DNA of 63,412 nt, filler included, from Diploschistes diacapsis (GCA_023645945.1; 24 parts of 24 records of this genome joined end to end with filler, not necessarily neighbours in it); one strand, 5' to 3'; counted from the first letter of the whole stretch, positions 50,256 through 62,746 are shown. Notes: generated by a model from the letters alone, not told the origin. Program-made: numbers and translations.

Positions 50256-51573
50256 ATGGCAGGTCCCGTCAGACAGGCTATTGATGCAGACTCCCTCTCC
50301 CGATATCTAGAGAAGAATGTTCCGGTTATCAAGCTTCCGGTGGACATCAAGCAGGTACTATCAACGTCTGGAGTCATACTTCGCATGCCCTTCTCAATTG
50401 ACAGCGTCTTAGTTTGGCTTCGGTCAGTCGAATCCTACATACCAGCTGACGGCCGCCGATGGTGCACGATACGTCCTTCGGAAAAAGCCCCCGGGCAAGC
50501 TGCTCTCCAAGACGGCACACCAGGTAGAAAGGGAATACAGGATAATACACGCTCTCGAGAAGACAGATGTTCCCGTGCCGAAAGCACATGCGCTGTGCGA
50601 AGATAAGCGTGTGATTGGCACGGCGTTCTACATCATGGAGTTCCTGGATGGCCGAATCGTCGAAGATGCATCATTGCCGGAGGTCTCTGCAGAAGAGAGA
50701 AAGGAAATGTAAGCTCTAGGTATGAGATAAGAAAGAACCATGCATTTTGATACACTCAAGGTGGCACGACGCAATTCGAACACTAGCCAAGCTACACAGA
50801 GTACATCCCCAATCCGTCGGCCTCTCAGACTTCGGCAAGCCGTCAGGCTTCTATAACAGGCAGATCAGGACACTCGGAACGATATCGTTGGCGCAAGCGC
50901 AGGCTGTTGACGTCAAAACAGAGAAACCCGTGGGCGACATCCCACACTTCAGCCAGATGGTGGCTTTCTTCGCGGACTCGACAATGCAACCTCAAGACCG
51001 CAGCACGCTCATACACGGCGACTACAAGATCGACAACCTCGTGTACCATAAGACGGAGCCACGAGTCATCGGCATCCTCGAGTAAGCCATCTCCCCCATC
51101 CATGAGCTGCTTGCGCGCGACGTCCACTCCCCAGCTTCTTACTCACCTCCCAAATGTCCAGCTGGGAGATGTCCACAATCGGCCACCCGCTCTCCGACGT
51201 CTCGAATCTCACCTCTCCCTTCATCTTCGCGGAGAACGCCGACTTCCGCACCAAATTTGTCGGCGCCACGACGCTGAACCATTTCGCGCCGGAATCGCGG
51301 CGCGACGGCCTACCCTCCTACGAGCAAGCCTTGAGCTGGTACGCCGAGGTAGCGGGCTGGAATCCGAGGCCGGACGGCAGGTGGGGCGCCGCGTTCGGGG
51401 TGTTTAGGAACAGTGTGATCATGCAGGGCATAGCGGCGAGGTATGCGCTGCGGCAGGCGAGCAGTGCGAAGGCCAAGGAGCATGGGGATAAGATGGATCC
51501 GTTTGGGGAGTTTGCATTTTTGTTGGCTGAGCAGGCCAGGAGGGGGAGGAAGGTCGGGGGGGTTAAGCTGTGA
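50256..51573 (+). CDS. Aminoglycoside-phosphotransferase-family protein (ACAD10/11 N-terminal-like), 4 exons
   Basis: [82 protein letters not shown]. Confidence 0.92.
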
Positions 51574-51598
51574 GATATACAGAGCGGTGTTATATCGA

Positions 51599-51618
51599 TA
51601 TATATATATATATATATA
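51599..51618. repeat. (TA)n microsatellite at contig end
   Basis: Direct reading. Confidence 0.9.
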
Positions 51619-51718
51619 NNNNNNNNNNNNNNNNNNNNNNNNNNNNNNNNNNNNNNNNNNNNTTAATTAATTAANNNNNNNNNNNNNNNNNNNNNNNNNN
51701 NNNNNNNNNNNNNNNNNN

Positions 51719-51837
51719 CGGACGGTAACGATGTGGAGGCGGCTCGGGGGAACGAGGTGGATATGAGGGAGGCGGCGCGGAAGATGAGGATGGCGGCGAA
51801 GGGGATGGGAGGGGCGGAGGAGTTCAATATTGGGTAG
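51719..51837 (+). CDS. Probable C-terminal fragment of an unidentified gene convergent with ASA1
   Basis: Open G-rich frame DGNDVEAARGNEVDMREAARKMRMAAKGMGGAEEFNIG* with codon style like other gene 3' ends here. Not identifiable. Confidence 0.35.
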
Positions 51838-52026
51838 GAGAGCCAGGTGCCGCGGTCCGGGTTGGTATATCATGAGTTGTTATGCGGCAGATGGCCGTTC
51901 GAAGCCGAGCGGGACTGCCAGATCATATGATTCCCCCCAACCACTGAGCCTGTTTCGCTTCAAGCTTGCACACCCGATCATCGACGCTGTACCTCCCCCT
52001 CCCCCTTTCCGTTCAGATCCCAAGTA

Positions 52027-52799
52027 TCAGAAAATATCCCACAGACTCACCCTCCCGTCCTTGGACCCCAGCGCTGCCCAGCGCGTCCTGCGCGCCTGTT
52101 CTTCTCTTTTCTGCGCCCAGCTTTGAGGTTCTGTTTGGCTTGTCGTTATCGTCGTCGTCGTCGTCGTGGGCTGCGTTGACGGTTCGCGCATCTGTCGTTG
52201 CTCGGGCGAGGCTGGGACTTCGCGGACTAGGGTCCTGGCGGTGTGGCCTTTGTCTGAGAGGCCGAGGTCGGGGTCGAGGTCCGGGTCTGGCGGTGGCGCT
52301 GTTTCAGGAGGGGTGGTGGTGGTGGGCTTGGAAGGCGCCGGGTCTGGCGGCGGCGGCGGCGCCTGTGGTACCGGCTTTGGCTCTGGTGGTGGTGGGGGGT
52401 TCTCGCTGGCCGTGGACGCAGATCGGGCGCGCCGGGCGCGCAGAAGGCGGGGATGGTGAGGAAGATGGGTGTGCGCGAAGGCGAGGCAGAAGCAGCCCTG
52501 TTTGTGCCATGCTAGGACGGCGAGCGGCTTCATGGCTTTGCCCTTGCTGCTCTTGCTTTGGCCCTTGCCCTTTCCCTTGCCCTTGCCGCTACTCTTGCCC
52601 GCAATATTGCCCTGTCCCTTGTCCCCTCTCGCTTCGGCGCCGGCGGTAGCTGCGCCTCCATCGGCGTTTTCTCTTTCTTTACCTGGCCTTTCGTCTGCGT
52701 CTTCGTTTCTCTCTTCCTCGTCCTCTTCCCCTTCCCCTTTCTTCACGCTCTCATCCCCATCCGCCTCCCTATCCGCAACCCTCGCAAGCTCACACACAT
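52027..52799 (-). CDS. ASA1: 3' part of ASTRA-associated WD40 protein ASA1, with low-complexity insertions
   Basis: MKPLAVLAWHKQGCFCLAFA and terminal QKREEQARRTRWAALGSKDGRVSLWDIF* resemble the fungal Asa1 C-terminal WD40 repeat. Confidence 0.7.
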
Positions 52800-52899
52800 N
52801 NNNNNNNNNNNNNNNNNNNNNNNNNNNNNNNNNNNNNNNNNNNTTAATTAATTAANNNNNNNNNNNNNNNNNNNNNNNNNNNNNNNNNNNNNNNNNNNN

Positions 52900-53208
52900 T
52901 CGTAAAAAACGTAAATTAAATAAACGAATCGAATTAAAAAATCGTTTTATATTTAATATAAACGAAGTTCTTAAAATAATAATTCGCGTTAAATCGAATC
53001 GAATAATTTTAAAACGATTTATAACGCGTAAAAAACGTCGTCGCGTTTTTGAAATCGAGGAAAATAAAGAAGAGGAAGATAGATTCGATTTTAATCGATT
53101 AGATTCTGATTACGACGAATAGGTTGTATTTAAAAACCGTAGAATGTTGGCGGTAATGATTTGAGGTGGCCGGAATCTGGAGGTGGCCGGAATCCCCGTG
53201 GAACACGT
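52900..53208 (+). mobile_element. 3' end of a Fot1/pogo transposon
   Basis: Ends GGTGGCCGGAATCTGGAGGTGGCCGGAATCCCCGTGGAACACGT-TA. Confidence 0.8.
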
Positions 53209-53210
53209 TA

Positions 53211-53980
53211 ACTAACCAATTACATCTATTTAAAAACCTGACTCCTATTCGAAAAAGACGAATCACAATCGAGGAAAGAATGCTTTATTTAAATTATATT
53301 AAGAAAATTAAATTAAAATAAAGCAATAACGTTTTACATTTAAGATATATAATATACGTATTTAAATTAAAAGCAAACCTCATATCGGGGCAAAAGTTAT
53401 ACAAAACAGGATTAAAGAAGAGTTTTAATCAAAAGGACTTGTATCTACACGACGAGGACGGTCGGATCATTCTTACATGCAAGAAAAAGAACAGAATTTA
53501 TTACTCGAGCAAGCTTATAAAAAGAAAATATACATATAGGGTAACAGCTTATCTAGCAGTTAAACTGAATTCGGTTCAACCTGATCCTGAATTAAACCCA
53601 AAAGTTTAGTCTAATAAAAACAGTTATTAGCTATGGTACGCACGTATGGCCCATATAGGACCTAAGAAGTTCTAGAATCTGTACGAAGTTACGATTCTCG
53701 TTAATTTTATCCGTATCGTACCTTATACGTGTGAAATATGCCAATTAATCAAAATTAAACAATAGATTGGCCGTACGTTAGTTAAATATCAGCAACATAT
53801 CCTTAATTTGATAAATATCAACATCTGTAAACCGTTCTTAAAGTTATTTAATAACAATTAATACTTTATAAAAATTATTAATAATTATTCGCGAAGAACC
53901 TAATCTATTCCTTATAAAATTTAAAAAGATATTGTTCCTATTTAATAATTCTAAAAAGTGAATATAAAACTTTAAAGCGG
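53211..53980 (+). mobile_element. RIP-degraded Ty1/copia GAG-pre-integrase and integrase start
   Basis: LWYARMAHIG..TCEICQL (HHCC-type zinc-binding region) and INICKPF..YFIKIINNYSRRT (degenerate rve core). Confidence 0.78.
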
Positions 53981-54080
53981 NNNNNNNNNNNNNNNNNNNN
54001 NNNNNNNNNNNNNNNNNNNNNNNNTTAATTAATTAANNNNNNNNNNNNNNNNNNNNNNNNNNNNNNNNNNNNNNNNNNNN

Positions 54081-54495
54081 CTTCATAACTGATCGGGCCT
54101 AACCCAATTATTCTTTATATATAATCTAATTATGGGAATACTGGTCACGAGATGAATAAAAAGCTTTAAAAGTTATTGTACCCTTTATAAATAGACCGGG
54201 AGAACGGTCATTTTATTTATCTATTAATTTATTCCGTTAAGGAATAATTAATTATATAAGAACGCGTTATAGCTTTTATAAATCGGGGTATGTTTATTTT
54301 TATAAACATCTTTAGCGATTACTCGAGATCAATTTATATTCGTTTATTTTTATTATCAGATAGCAATCTTTTTAAAAATTAAAATAAACCTATTACCGAT
54401 CTACTTCTTCTCCTTCCATACTCCTTTTCTACCAGAGACCAAACCTACCTTGATCAATACCTCGTGTATACGTTGTAGAGATAGAGATCATAATA
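54081..54495 (+). mobile_element. LTR family A copy
   Basis: Aligns to 160-552 and ends GATCATAATA. Confidence 0.78.
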
Positions 54496-54930
54496 TTGAA
54501 CTGGTTTGGATTTTACGAAAGACGAGATATACAATAAAATCGACTTAAAAATTATTTATTATCGTTTTTATCGATCATAGCTCGACCGTATAGATCTTTA
54601 GATAGATCTTTCTGAATAGTATCTCGATAGAAAAGCTGAATTTGCGGCTCGTTAGAGCATCGGAATATATTTAAAGATTTTTTCTAGATGTGCGACATAA
54701 CCCGGGTAAAGCTAATATAGTCCCAGATGCGCTATCTCGACTAGCTTCAAGAGCTGTGAAGCAGTCGACTAGACTAACACCTACGGAAGTCTTGTACGGA
54801 TTCAGAGTACGAGAGTCCTTGGATCTAGTGGGATTTGAACTTCTGGACGTTGAATCTAGTCGTCTTCTACGAGCAAATACAGGTTAAGATGAGATCAGGC
54901 TAGACGAAGATGCTATAGTATCTATAGATT
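54496..54930 (+). mobile_element. Ty3/gypsy RNase H end fused to an integrase tail
   Basis: VFIDHS..LNLRLVRASEYI*RF.LDVRHNPGKANIVPDALSRL followed directly by STRLTPTEVLYGFRVRE. Confidence 0.7.
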
Positions 54931-55394
54931 GGTAATTTTAAGAACTTAAGATAGATTTTAACGCGAATTTCGCTTTTAGGAATCAACATAATTATATTTT
55001 ATAATAACGAACGTTTAATATAAGAATATACCCGATAATAACGAAAAAGTAAGAAAAACAGTTTTTATAATAAAGACGCCCAAACGCAACCTAAATTAAA
55101 CGAAATAATCGAACGGATGTTTTATAACCTTTCCCGCACCCCCCGCGAGAGACTCGAAAANNNNNNNNNNNNNNNNNNNNNNNNNNNNNNNNNNNNNNNN
55201 NNNNTTAATTAATTAANNNNNNNNNNNNNNNNNNNNNNNNNNNNNNNNNNNNNNNNNNNNACTTTATATAATATAATAATAATTACGTAATTATAATTAT
55301 ATAATTATTAATTAATTATTATAATTAATATTATTAATATTATATTAAGTTTATTTATTTTTTTTGCTTACGTAATATATTAGTAAAAAATTGA

Positions 55395-55596
55395 TTGGCC
55401 TCGCCATCTTCGCCAGCTTTCGCTAGTTTCGCCAGTTTCGCCGGTTTCGCCGGTTTCGCCGTGTTTCGCCAAACCTTTTGGCGAAAGTTGGCGAGTCACT
55501 TGAACGCATTATCTGTCGCCCACCTCGCCGGTTTCGCCAGTTTCGCCAACCTCGCGGATTTTCGCGGTGTTTCGCCGACAAAAACTTTTCGTGATG
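55395..55596. mobile_element. End of a non-coding element with 9-bp subterminal repeats (TTTCGCCRG)n
   Basis: Tandem TTTCGCC[A/G]G units ending ...AAAACTTTTCGTGATG. A related end lies at 59373-59490 (...AAAACCTTCTCGTGATG). Confidence 0.55.
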
Positions 55597-55639
55597 AACG
55601 TGTTCGATAACAAAAAAGCTGTTATATTATTATTCTATC

Positions 55640-56340
55640 GATATATCGATCATGTTATTAAAATAAAAGATAAACCACCGTATAGACCCTTATATAATTT
55701 ATCGACAAAAGAATTGTAAAAACTACGAGAATACTTTGATAAAACCTTGCAAAATGAATGAATTAAATTATCAATTAATTTTATAGGAGCATTGATCCTG
55801 TTCGTGCCAAAAAAAAATAATGGTTTACGTCTTTATATCGATTATAGGGGTTTGAACAAGATCACTAAAAAGAATAGGTACCTTTTACCTCTAATAAGTG
55901 AGACCCTTGATCGTCTCAGCGGTGCAAAGATATTTTCAAAAATAAATCTGAAGAATGCCTACTATCGGATTCGCATCAAGGCAGGAGATGAATAAAAGAC
56001 TACTTTTCGTACTCGATATGGCCATTTCGAATATTAGATAATATTATTTAAGCTCGTCAATGCTCCCGCTACTTTTCAAGCCAATATCAATAAAACATTA
56101 ACAGGACTGGTCGATACTATTTATATAGTTTATCTTAACGATATTCTTATTTACTTTAATATTGAGGAAAAGTATATTAAATACTTGCGACTCGTTATAA
56201 AGCGTTTATATAAGTTCGACTTATACGTAAAATTGTTAAAATATGCTTTCTTTACCGAAGAATTAGAATTTCTAAAATATATGATTTCTAATTAAAAAGG
56301 GGGTATAAATAAAACACGCGTTTAAAGTATTATTAAATAA
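55640..56340 (+). mobile_element. RIP-degraded Ty3/gypsy reverse transcriptase
   Basis: [72 protein letters not shown] (YLDD>YLND). Confidence 0.92.
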
Positions 56341-56440
56341 NNNNNNNNNNNNNNNNNNNNNNNNNNNNNNNNNNNNNNNNNNNNTTAATTAATTAANNNN
56401 NNNNNNNNNNNNNNNNNNNNNNNNNNNNNNNNNNNNNNNN

Positions 56441-57123
56441 GTATGTTTAAATCGACGTATATTAAGTTTATAACGCTTCGTAAAGAAAACCGAAAATAAA
56501 AAACGCTTCTTAATAATCATAAAAAACGTAAATAAAATAAACGAATCGAATTAAAAGATCGTTTTATATTTAATATAGACGAAGTTTTTAAAATAATAAT
56601 TCGAGTTAAATCGAATCGAAAATTTTCGAAACGATTTATAACGCGTAAAAAACGTTATCGCGTTTTTAAAATTAAGAAAGATGAAGAAAAGAAAGATAGA
56701 TTCGATTTAGATCGATTAGATTCTGATTGCGACGAATAAGTTGTATATAAAAACCATAAAATATTGGCGGTAGTGATTTGAGGTGGCCGGAATCTAGGGG
56801 TGGCCGGAATCCCCGTGAAACACGTTACATAAAGCCTCTCGTAATGATATATTCAAATCAAATATTTTTTGCTTGGTTAAAGCAGATTTTAAAAGATTCA
56901 AAAATCCATTTTTTCGTGTCTTCATTCTTAGTTCGCTTAAAAAAGTTAACTGATGCCGTAATCAATGTGCACTTCTTACATATAATAGATAATTGATTAA
57001 AAAGTAATATTTTGAAATAAAAATAAAAATAACGATTAATTTCGAAGAATAATTGAAGATTAAACTATTTCTTGGCAAAAGTGGCCGGAATCTGGGGGTG
57101 GCCGGAATCCCCGTCAAACACGT
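56441..57123. mobile_element. Two Fot1/pogo TIR ends in tandem (ending 56825 and 57123)
   Basis: Both end ...GGTGGCCGGAATCCCCGT[G/C]AAACACGT-TA. Confidence 0.78.
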
Positions 57124-57777
57124 TAATATAAAAGAACTATAAAAAAGGTAATAACTTCAAAAAAACTAGAAAAAAAATTGTTATAAAGCCAAGTTAATAA
57201 AACGTATTCGGGATGCTAAAAATCACGGTAGCTACGTTCAGGGTCTTAATTAGTTGATATTTGGGGAAATTTTACTTTTCTTATTCTCTCCTCTTCTTTA
57301 ATAATTAGTTCTGATATGATCCTGCCCTGCATATAGCCATCTTGACACGTTTTTGTCAGATTACCAACCTAAATGGGTTAGTCTGTCTGACTAGTTAACA
57401 CTAGTAGGACCCTGAAGGTTCTTTAACCCTTCAGGACACGTCACTAATAATTATTGAATATCTTATTAACTATAGTCAATCATCCTATTAGTAGTTATGG
57501 ACTATTAGGCGGGATTGCAGNNNNNNNNNNNNNNNNNNNNNNNNNNNNNNNNNNNNNNNNNNNNTTAATTAATTAANNNNNNNNNNNNNNNNNNNNNNNN
57601 NNNNNNNNNNNNNNNNNNNNCTAACCTAAACTTAATTGTTTTTAAACGAATTATGAATTTAACCTCCATTACGACGTGTTATATATCGTAATCTCGCGTT
57701 AGAGTTCAAAACCGTGTTATTAATGCTGTCCCTTTATATATGTTCTATCTTATTATAGGAACATAATGTCGTAAAGG

Positions 57778-58567
57778 TGTAACGAGCGATAATAATCACA
57801 TATGCAAAGCAACAAAGCCCGCGTGAGAATGTATTTTAGTTAATTAAAACTACTATGAAGAAAAAAAATTAAATTACCACTATCGCGCAGATTAAATAGT
57901 ACGATGGCTGGGAAACGTTAGTAACCTTATCGATTCGGCTAGTTCTGATATGTTAATAACTCGTTAACGACGGGTTAATCACGTGTTAATAGCTCGTTAA
58001 TAACAGATTAATGTTATAGGGTTATTAACGAGTTCGAATATACTGATGATTCCGTGTCAACGACATAACGTGTTTCACCAGGAAACGGGTTACCCCATAA
58101 AGGGGGTCATAATCCCTGCACTTTCGTAAAATGTATTTCTTAAAGGCCGAAGAACGGGGTAATGTGGTTGAAAATAGATTTAGCTTTTTATAAATATGGA
58201 AGCGTTAGATCTAGCGTAATTACATTATAATGTAATAATCCGCTTCGTGGGGTGACCCGTTTCCTGATAAAACACGTTATATCGTTAATACGGAATCATT
58301 AATATATTCGAACTCGTTAATGATCCTTTAATATTAATCTATTATTAACGAGTTATTAACACGTGATTAACCCGTCGTTGACGAGTTGTTGACATATTAG
58401 GATTAATCGAATCGATAAGGTCATTAACGTCTCCCGGTTATCGTATTATTTAATTTGCGCGATAGTAGTAATTTAACTTTTTTTCTTTATAGTAGTTTTA
58501 ATTAATAAAGATATTTTTTTACGCGGGTTTTGTGGTTTTGTATCTGTAATTATTATCGCTCGTTATA
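57778..58567. mobile_element. 790-bp foldback element: inverted arms of about 330 bp around a spacer of about 125 bp
   Basis: 57778-58110 is the reverse complement of about 58235-58567, with mainly transition mismatches. The inner 58068-58277 is bounded by TA-ACGTGTTT...AAACACGT-TA. Confidence 0.85.
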
Positions 58568-58799
58568 ATACCTAAGACAGCAGAAGTTATATTTAATCTT
58601 TTAAAATTAGCGTCGACTCGGCTTTAGGAAAATAGTACTTAATAGATTCTTATAACGTACGTTATTAGATAATCCTATATTAAACCGTGCATAACTTTAN
58701 NNNNNNNNNNNNNNNNNNNNNNNNNNNNNNNNNNNNNNNNNNNTTAATTAATTAANNNNNNNNNNNNNNNNNNNNNNNNNNNNNNNNNNNNNNNNNNNN

Positions 58800-59326
58800 G
58801 TATGATAGATAATTGAGCTAATAGTACTATTTCGAAAAAACATCGAAAATAACGATTAAATTCGAAGAGTTATTAAAGATTTAAAATATTTCAAGGCAAA
58901 AGTGGCCGAGCTTGGGGGGTGGCCGAGCTGACCGTCAAACACGTTATTTAAATCGATGCATATTAAGTTTATAACGTTTTATAAAGAAATTCGAAAGTAA
59001 AAAACGTTTCTTAATAATCGTAAAAAACGTAAATTAAATACACGAATCGAATTAAAAGATCGTTTTATATTTAATATAAACGGAGTTTTTGAAATAATAA
59101 TTCGGATTAAATCGAGTCGAATAATGCCGAAACGATTTATAACGCGTAAAAAACGTCGTCGCGTTTTTAAAATCGAGAAGGATAAAGAGAAGAAAGATAA
59201 ATTCGATTTAGATCGACTATATTTTAATTACGACGAATAGATTGTATTTAAAAACAGTAGAATATTAGCGGTAGTAATTTGAGGTGGCCGGAATCTAGGG
59301 GTGGCCGGAATCCCCGTGAAACACGT
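58800..59326. mobile_element. Two Fot1/pogo TIR ends in tandem (ending 58944 and 59326)
   Basis: Same TIR family, each followed by TA. Confidence 0.78.
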
Positions 59327-61723
59327 TATAGAATTTTTTTTAAAATATTAAAAAAAAACTTTTTTCATATATGATTACGTCATAACTGTAATTAATTTCG
59401 CCGTTTTCGCTAGGTTTTGCCAGTTTTGTCATTTTCGTTGGTTTCACCTGTTTCGGCAGAAATTTTTGGCTTGAAAACCTTCTCGTGATGTTATTCGAAA
59501 GTCCTTGTCTAAAAGGTCATTTAAATCCGGTATTGGATAAAATACTCATATTAATATTTTTATAATCTGTGTTATAACTATTAATGTAATGCGGCCTGGA
59601 GCTGCCACGTGTTAACGAACAAAAACTTAGACGAGACTTTAGAAATGATAATTTAATCTGAATCCAATCATTTTAAATTTAATTTATGATATATAGAAGG
59701 CGTCATGGCCTTTTTAAAAATCGAGAGAGAAAGTGTTGAACTAAACCGCTAGACCAAAAGATGCGCACCTCTTAGCAAGCAGCAGTTCATGTTTATATTC
59801 CGACAGAAAGAAAAAAGATTATTTCCATTAGATTCTAATTACGATATAAAGGCCGGCGAATGAAAACTTCTCATCCCANNNNNNNNNNNNNNNNNNNNNN
59901 NNNNNNNNNNNNNNNNNNNNNNTTAATTAATTAANNNNNNNNNNNNNNNNNNNNNNNNNNNNNNNNNNNNNNNNNNNNATCTATTATAAAAGAATAAAGG
60001 GTATCCTTTTAAATAAATTAATAAAAAAAATGAAAATCGAAATAAATATTAACTAAAAAGGGCATCATCGCGTTTATAAAAGATACAAACATCTAAAAAA
60101 AAGAGTAATAAGATAAATCAATCTAGGCGTACCAAGCCACCGAGGTCACGTAACGGCAGGATTATATGACGGCAGGGTCATATAACGGCAAAGTTACATA
60201 ACGGGTACCAACCGTGCTCAAAATGTTAGGGAGTAATTATATAGATAAATAGAACCCGAACCCCGGTAAGGCTGGCATCTACATACTATTTATTCCTACT
60301 ATCTTCCCATCTAGATAGTTTCCTCTCTAGCTTTTCGAATCAAGACCTTTTGTAGTAGCAACTAGCTACTAGGAGGCTCGCTTGCCCTTGCTGGGCCTGC
60401 TTGCACCTGCCCTCGCTGCCGTCGCTTGTGACGACATGGTGGATGCCATTAGGCATCCACCTATTTGTAGCTATAAGGGCTCGCTGCCCTCAGTAGCTTT
60501 TGTAATCCATCTTCTTCACCAACCAATAATTTGACCTTGTTCCCAATAAATGGTAGCAACGAGTTGGTTTTCCAATTCCCAGAGCAGCATATAGCTCCAG
60601 TAGAGATTGTTTTTCTGCACCAGTCCTTTTTCGTGGACCAGAGTTCATATCAAAGCTTGGTCTTTGAGGAACTTCCCCCTCTTTCCAACCTGTAGCGTTT
60701 AGAGCTTGCTCTGTGTACTGCTTTATCCTTCTTTCCTTTCTCTAACTAGGTTATAATCAAGTTCTAGTTATATGTGTCGATCTCGTCCTTAATCAATCTA
60801 TAGCTAGTTTGAAGCTAGTTTTGATTTATTAATTATTAATTAGTGTCTGAGAAGGTATCTTTGATTAGGATTTCCTGGATCTGCCTATATCTGAAAGAGA
60901 CGAGTATCGAGTACAAATTGCTTACTAGCTTAGAACGAGTTCTGATCGGAAAGTAGCTTTCTAGATTAATTATTTCGATAAGAAGTCTTTATGTTAGAAT
61001 TACTGATTAAGAAATAGCGAGATAATTTTCTTTTAAGAACGTTATAATTATTATATNNNNNNNNNNNNNNNNNNNNNNNNNNNNNNNNNNNNNNNNNNNN
61101 TTAATTAATTAANNNNNNNNNNNNNNNNNNNNNNNNNNNNNNNNNNNNNNNNNNNNTTCGTTCTTTTCTTTATTTATGTCTAAATTTTCGTCCGAAAGTG
61201 ACGTTTGTTTTTATATTTTCAAGTAATCGTACTTCGTTCTTAAAAGAGTGGAGAAGAAATTCTTTTTTTAAGCTTAAAAGGCGTTGTACTTCTTTTGGCG
61301 TATTGTTAAGTAATGTTTTTTAAAATCCTTAAAGGTTCTGGTAACCCATTCTTTAAAATAAGTATCCTTTGTTTCTAGATTGAAAATTTATATCTATTCT
61401 TTTATTACCGCTGGATCAGTCCAGCGACGTCGTCCTATTAATATATCTAAAATTGTTTTTAATTTTATAATCTACGTTGTTTCTACGAAAGCGTAAAAGA
61501 TCCTTTTATGTGTATTGTGTAAACCGGAAGGCGAAGAGAATCCGAGGGTTAGATCTTTATATACGGCCGAAAACTATTCCCACGTACTAGAAGTAATAAT
61601 ATTTAATATAAAGTAATTTTTTTAAACTCCGACATACCACGGTAAGATTGTCCGCCTTACGCGTTTAAACTTCTACGTTCTATGAAATAGCTTAGGCCTC
61701 GAAATCCTGACGTCCCCTTTGCT

Positions 61724-61942
61724 TAGGCTGGCCGTCACGGACACTGACACGGCCGTGATAGTGTCCGTGTTTTGAAATTTTTAGCCGTAGTGTCCGTGTT
61801 CGTGCTTTTATTATAATATAGTATCCGTGTTAGTATCCGTGCCGAGAAAATTTTTTCTACGGTATCCGTGTTAGTGTCCGTGCCGAGAAAATTTTTGCTG
61901 CGGTGTCCGTGTCAGTATCCGTGGCACGAAACGGCCAGCCTA
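61724..61942. mobile_element. Complete short family T element (219 bp)
   Basis: Perfect 12-bp TIR TAGGCTGGCCGT...ACGGCCAGCCTA enclosing GTGTCCGTG repeats. Confidence 0.85.
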
Positions 61943-62234
61943 GTTTTTATAACTCGTTCTAAATTTTATTAAGATTTTCGTATTAATAGCGTCGAAGGCG
62001 GAAAAACCGTTTACGCTACGGGCTTTATGCGTGACCGCGTATTTATATAAATGGAACCGCATTTCCATACGTTTCTTTTTAAGTAATAAAATGATTTGAG
62101 AATGTTCGTTAATTACGATAATTTTATAAGATAAATCCGACTGACTTTTAGTACTATTAACGATAAAAAGTACGTTATACGGGTCATTAAAACCGTACGT
62201 TAAAAAAAATCGGCTTTAGAATATATAACGAAAT
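61943..62234 (+). mobile_element. RIP-degraded Ty3/gypsy gag fragment
   Basis: KTVYATGFMRDRVFI*MEPHF..IRLTFSTINDKKYVIRVIKTVR*KKSALEYITK; homologous to 23050-23345. Confidence 0.7.
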
Positions 62235-62746
62235 NNNNNNNNNNNNNNNNNNNNNNNNNNNNNNNNNNNNNNNNNNNNTTAATTAATTAANNNNNNNNNN
62301 NNNNNNNNNNNNNNNNNNNNNNNNNNNNNNNNNNTATTATTATAAAAGATTTTTTATTTCGAATCAAATAACGAAAACGAATATAAAATCGAAAGAATTA
62401 TTAACGTAAAAGAAAATAAATATTAAATTAGATAGAAAAGATATCTAATAAGTTAAAATATATAAGAACTTACGACGAACTTAATAAACTATAAAAATAA
62501 ACTTAAGGAGTATTAAGACGCTTATTCGTTAATAAATTAATTAATATAATATTAACGGGACATCAATTAAAACTAATTTAATAAAATAGAAGTTTTATTT
62601 TTTAAAATCTAGTTTAGGTGATTAAACGACATTATCGTTAATTCAGACAATTCTAAATTAAATTTCGTTAATAGATCTTTTTAGGTGTTAATATATGTCT
62701 CGAACGACTTTAAATCCAATTTTTCCGTTAAGTAACGCGTTTATTC

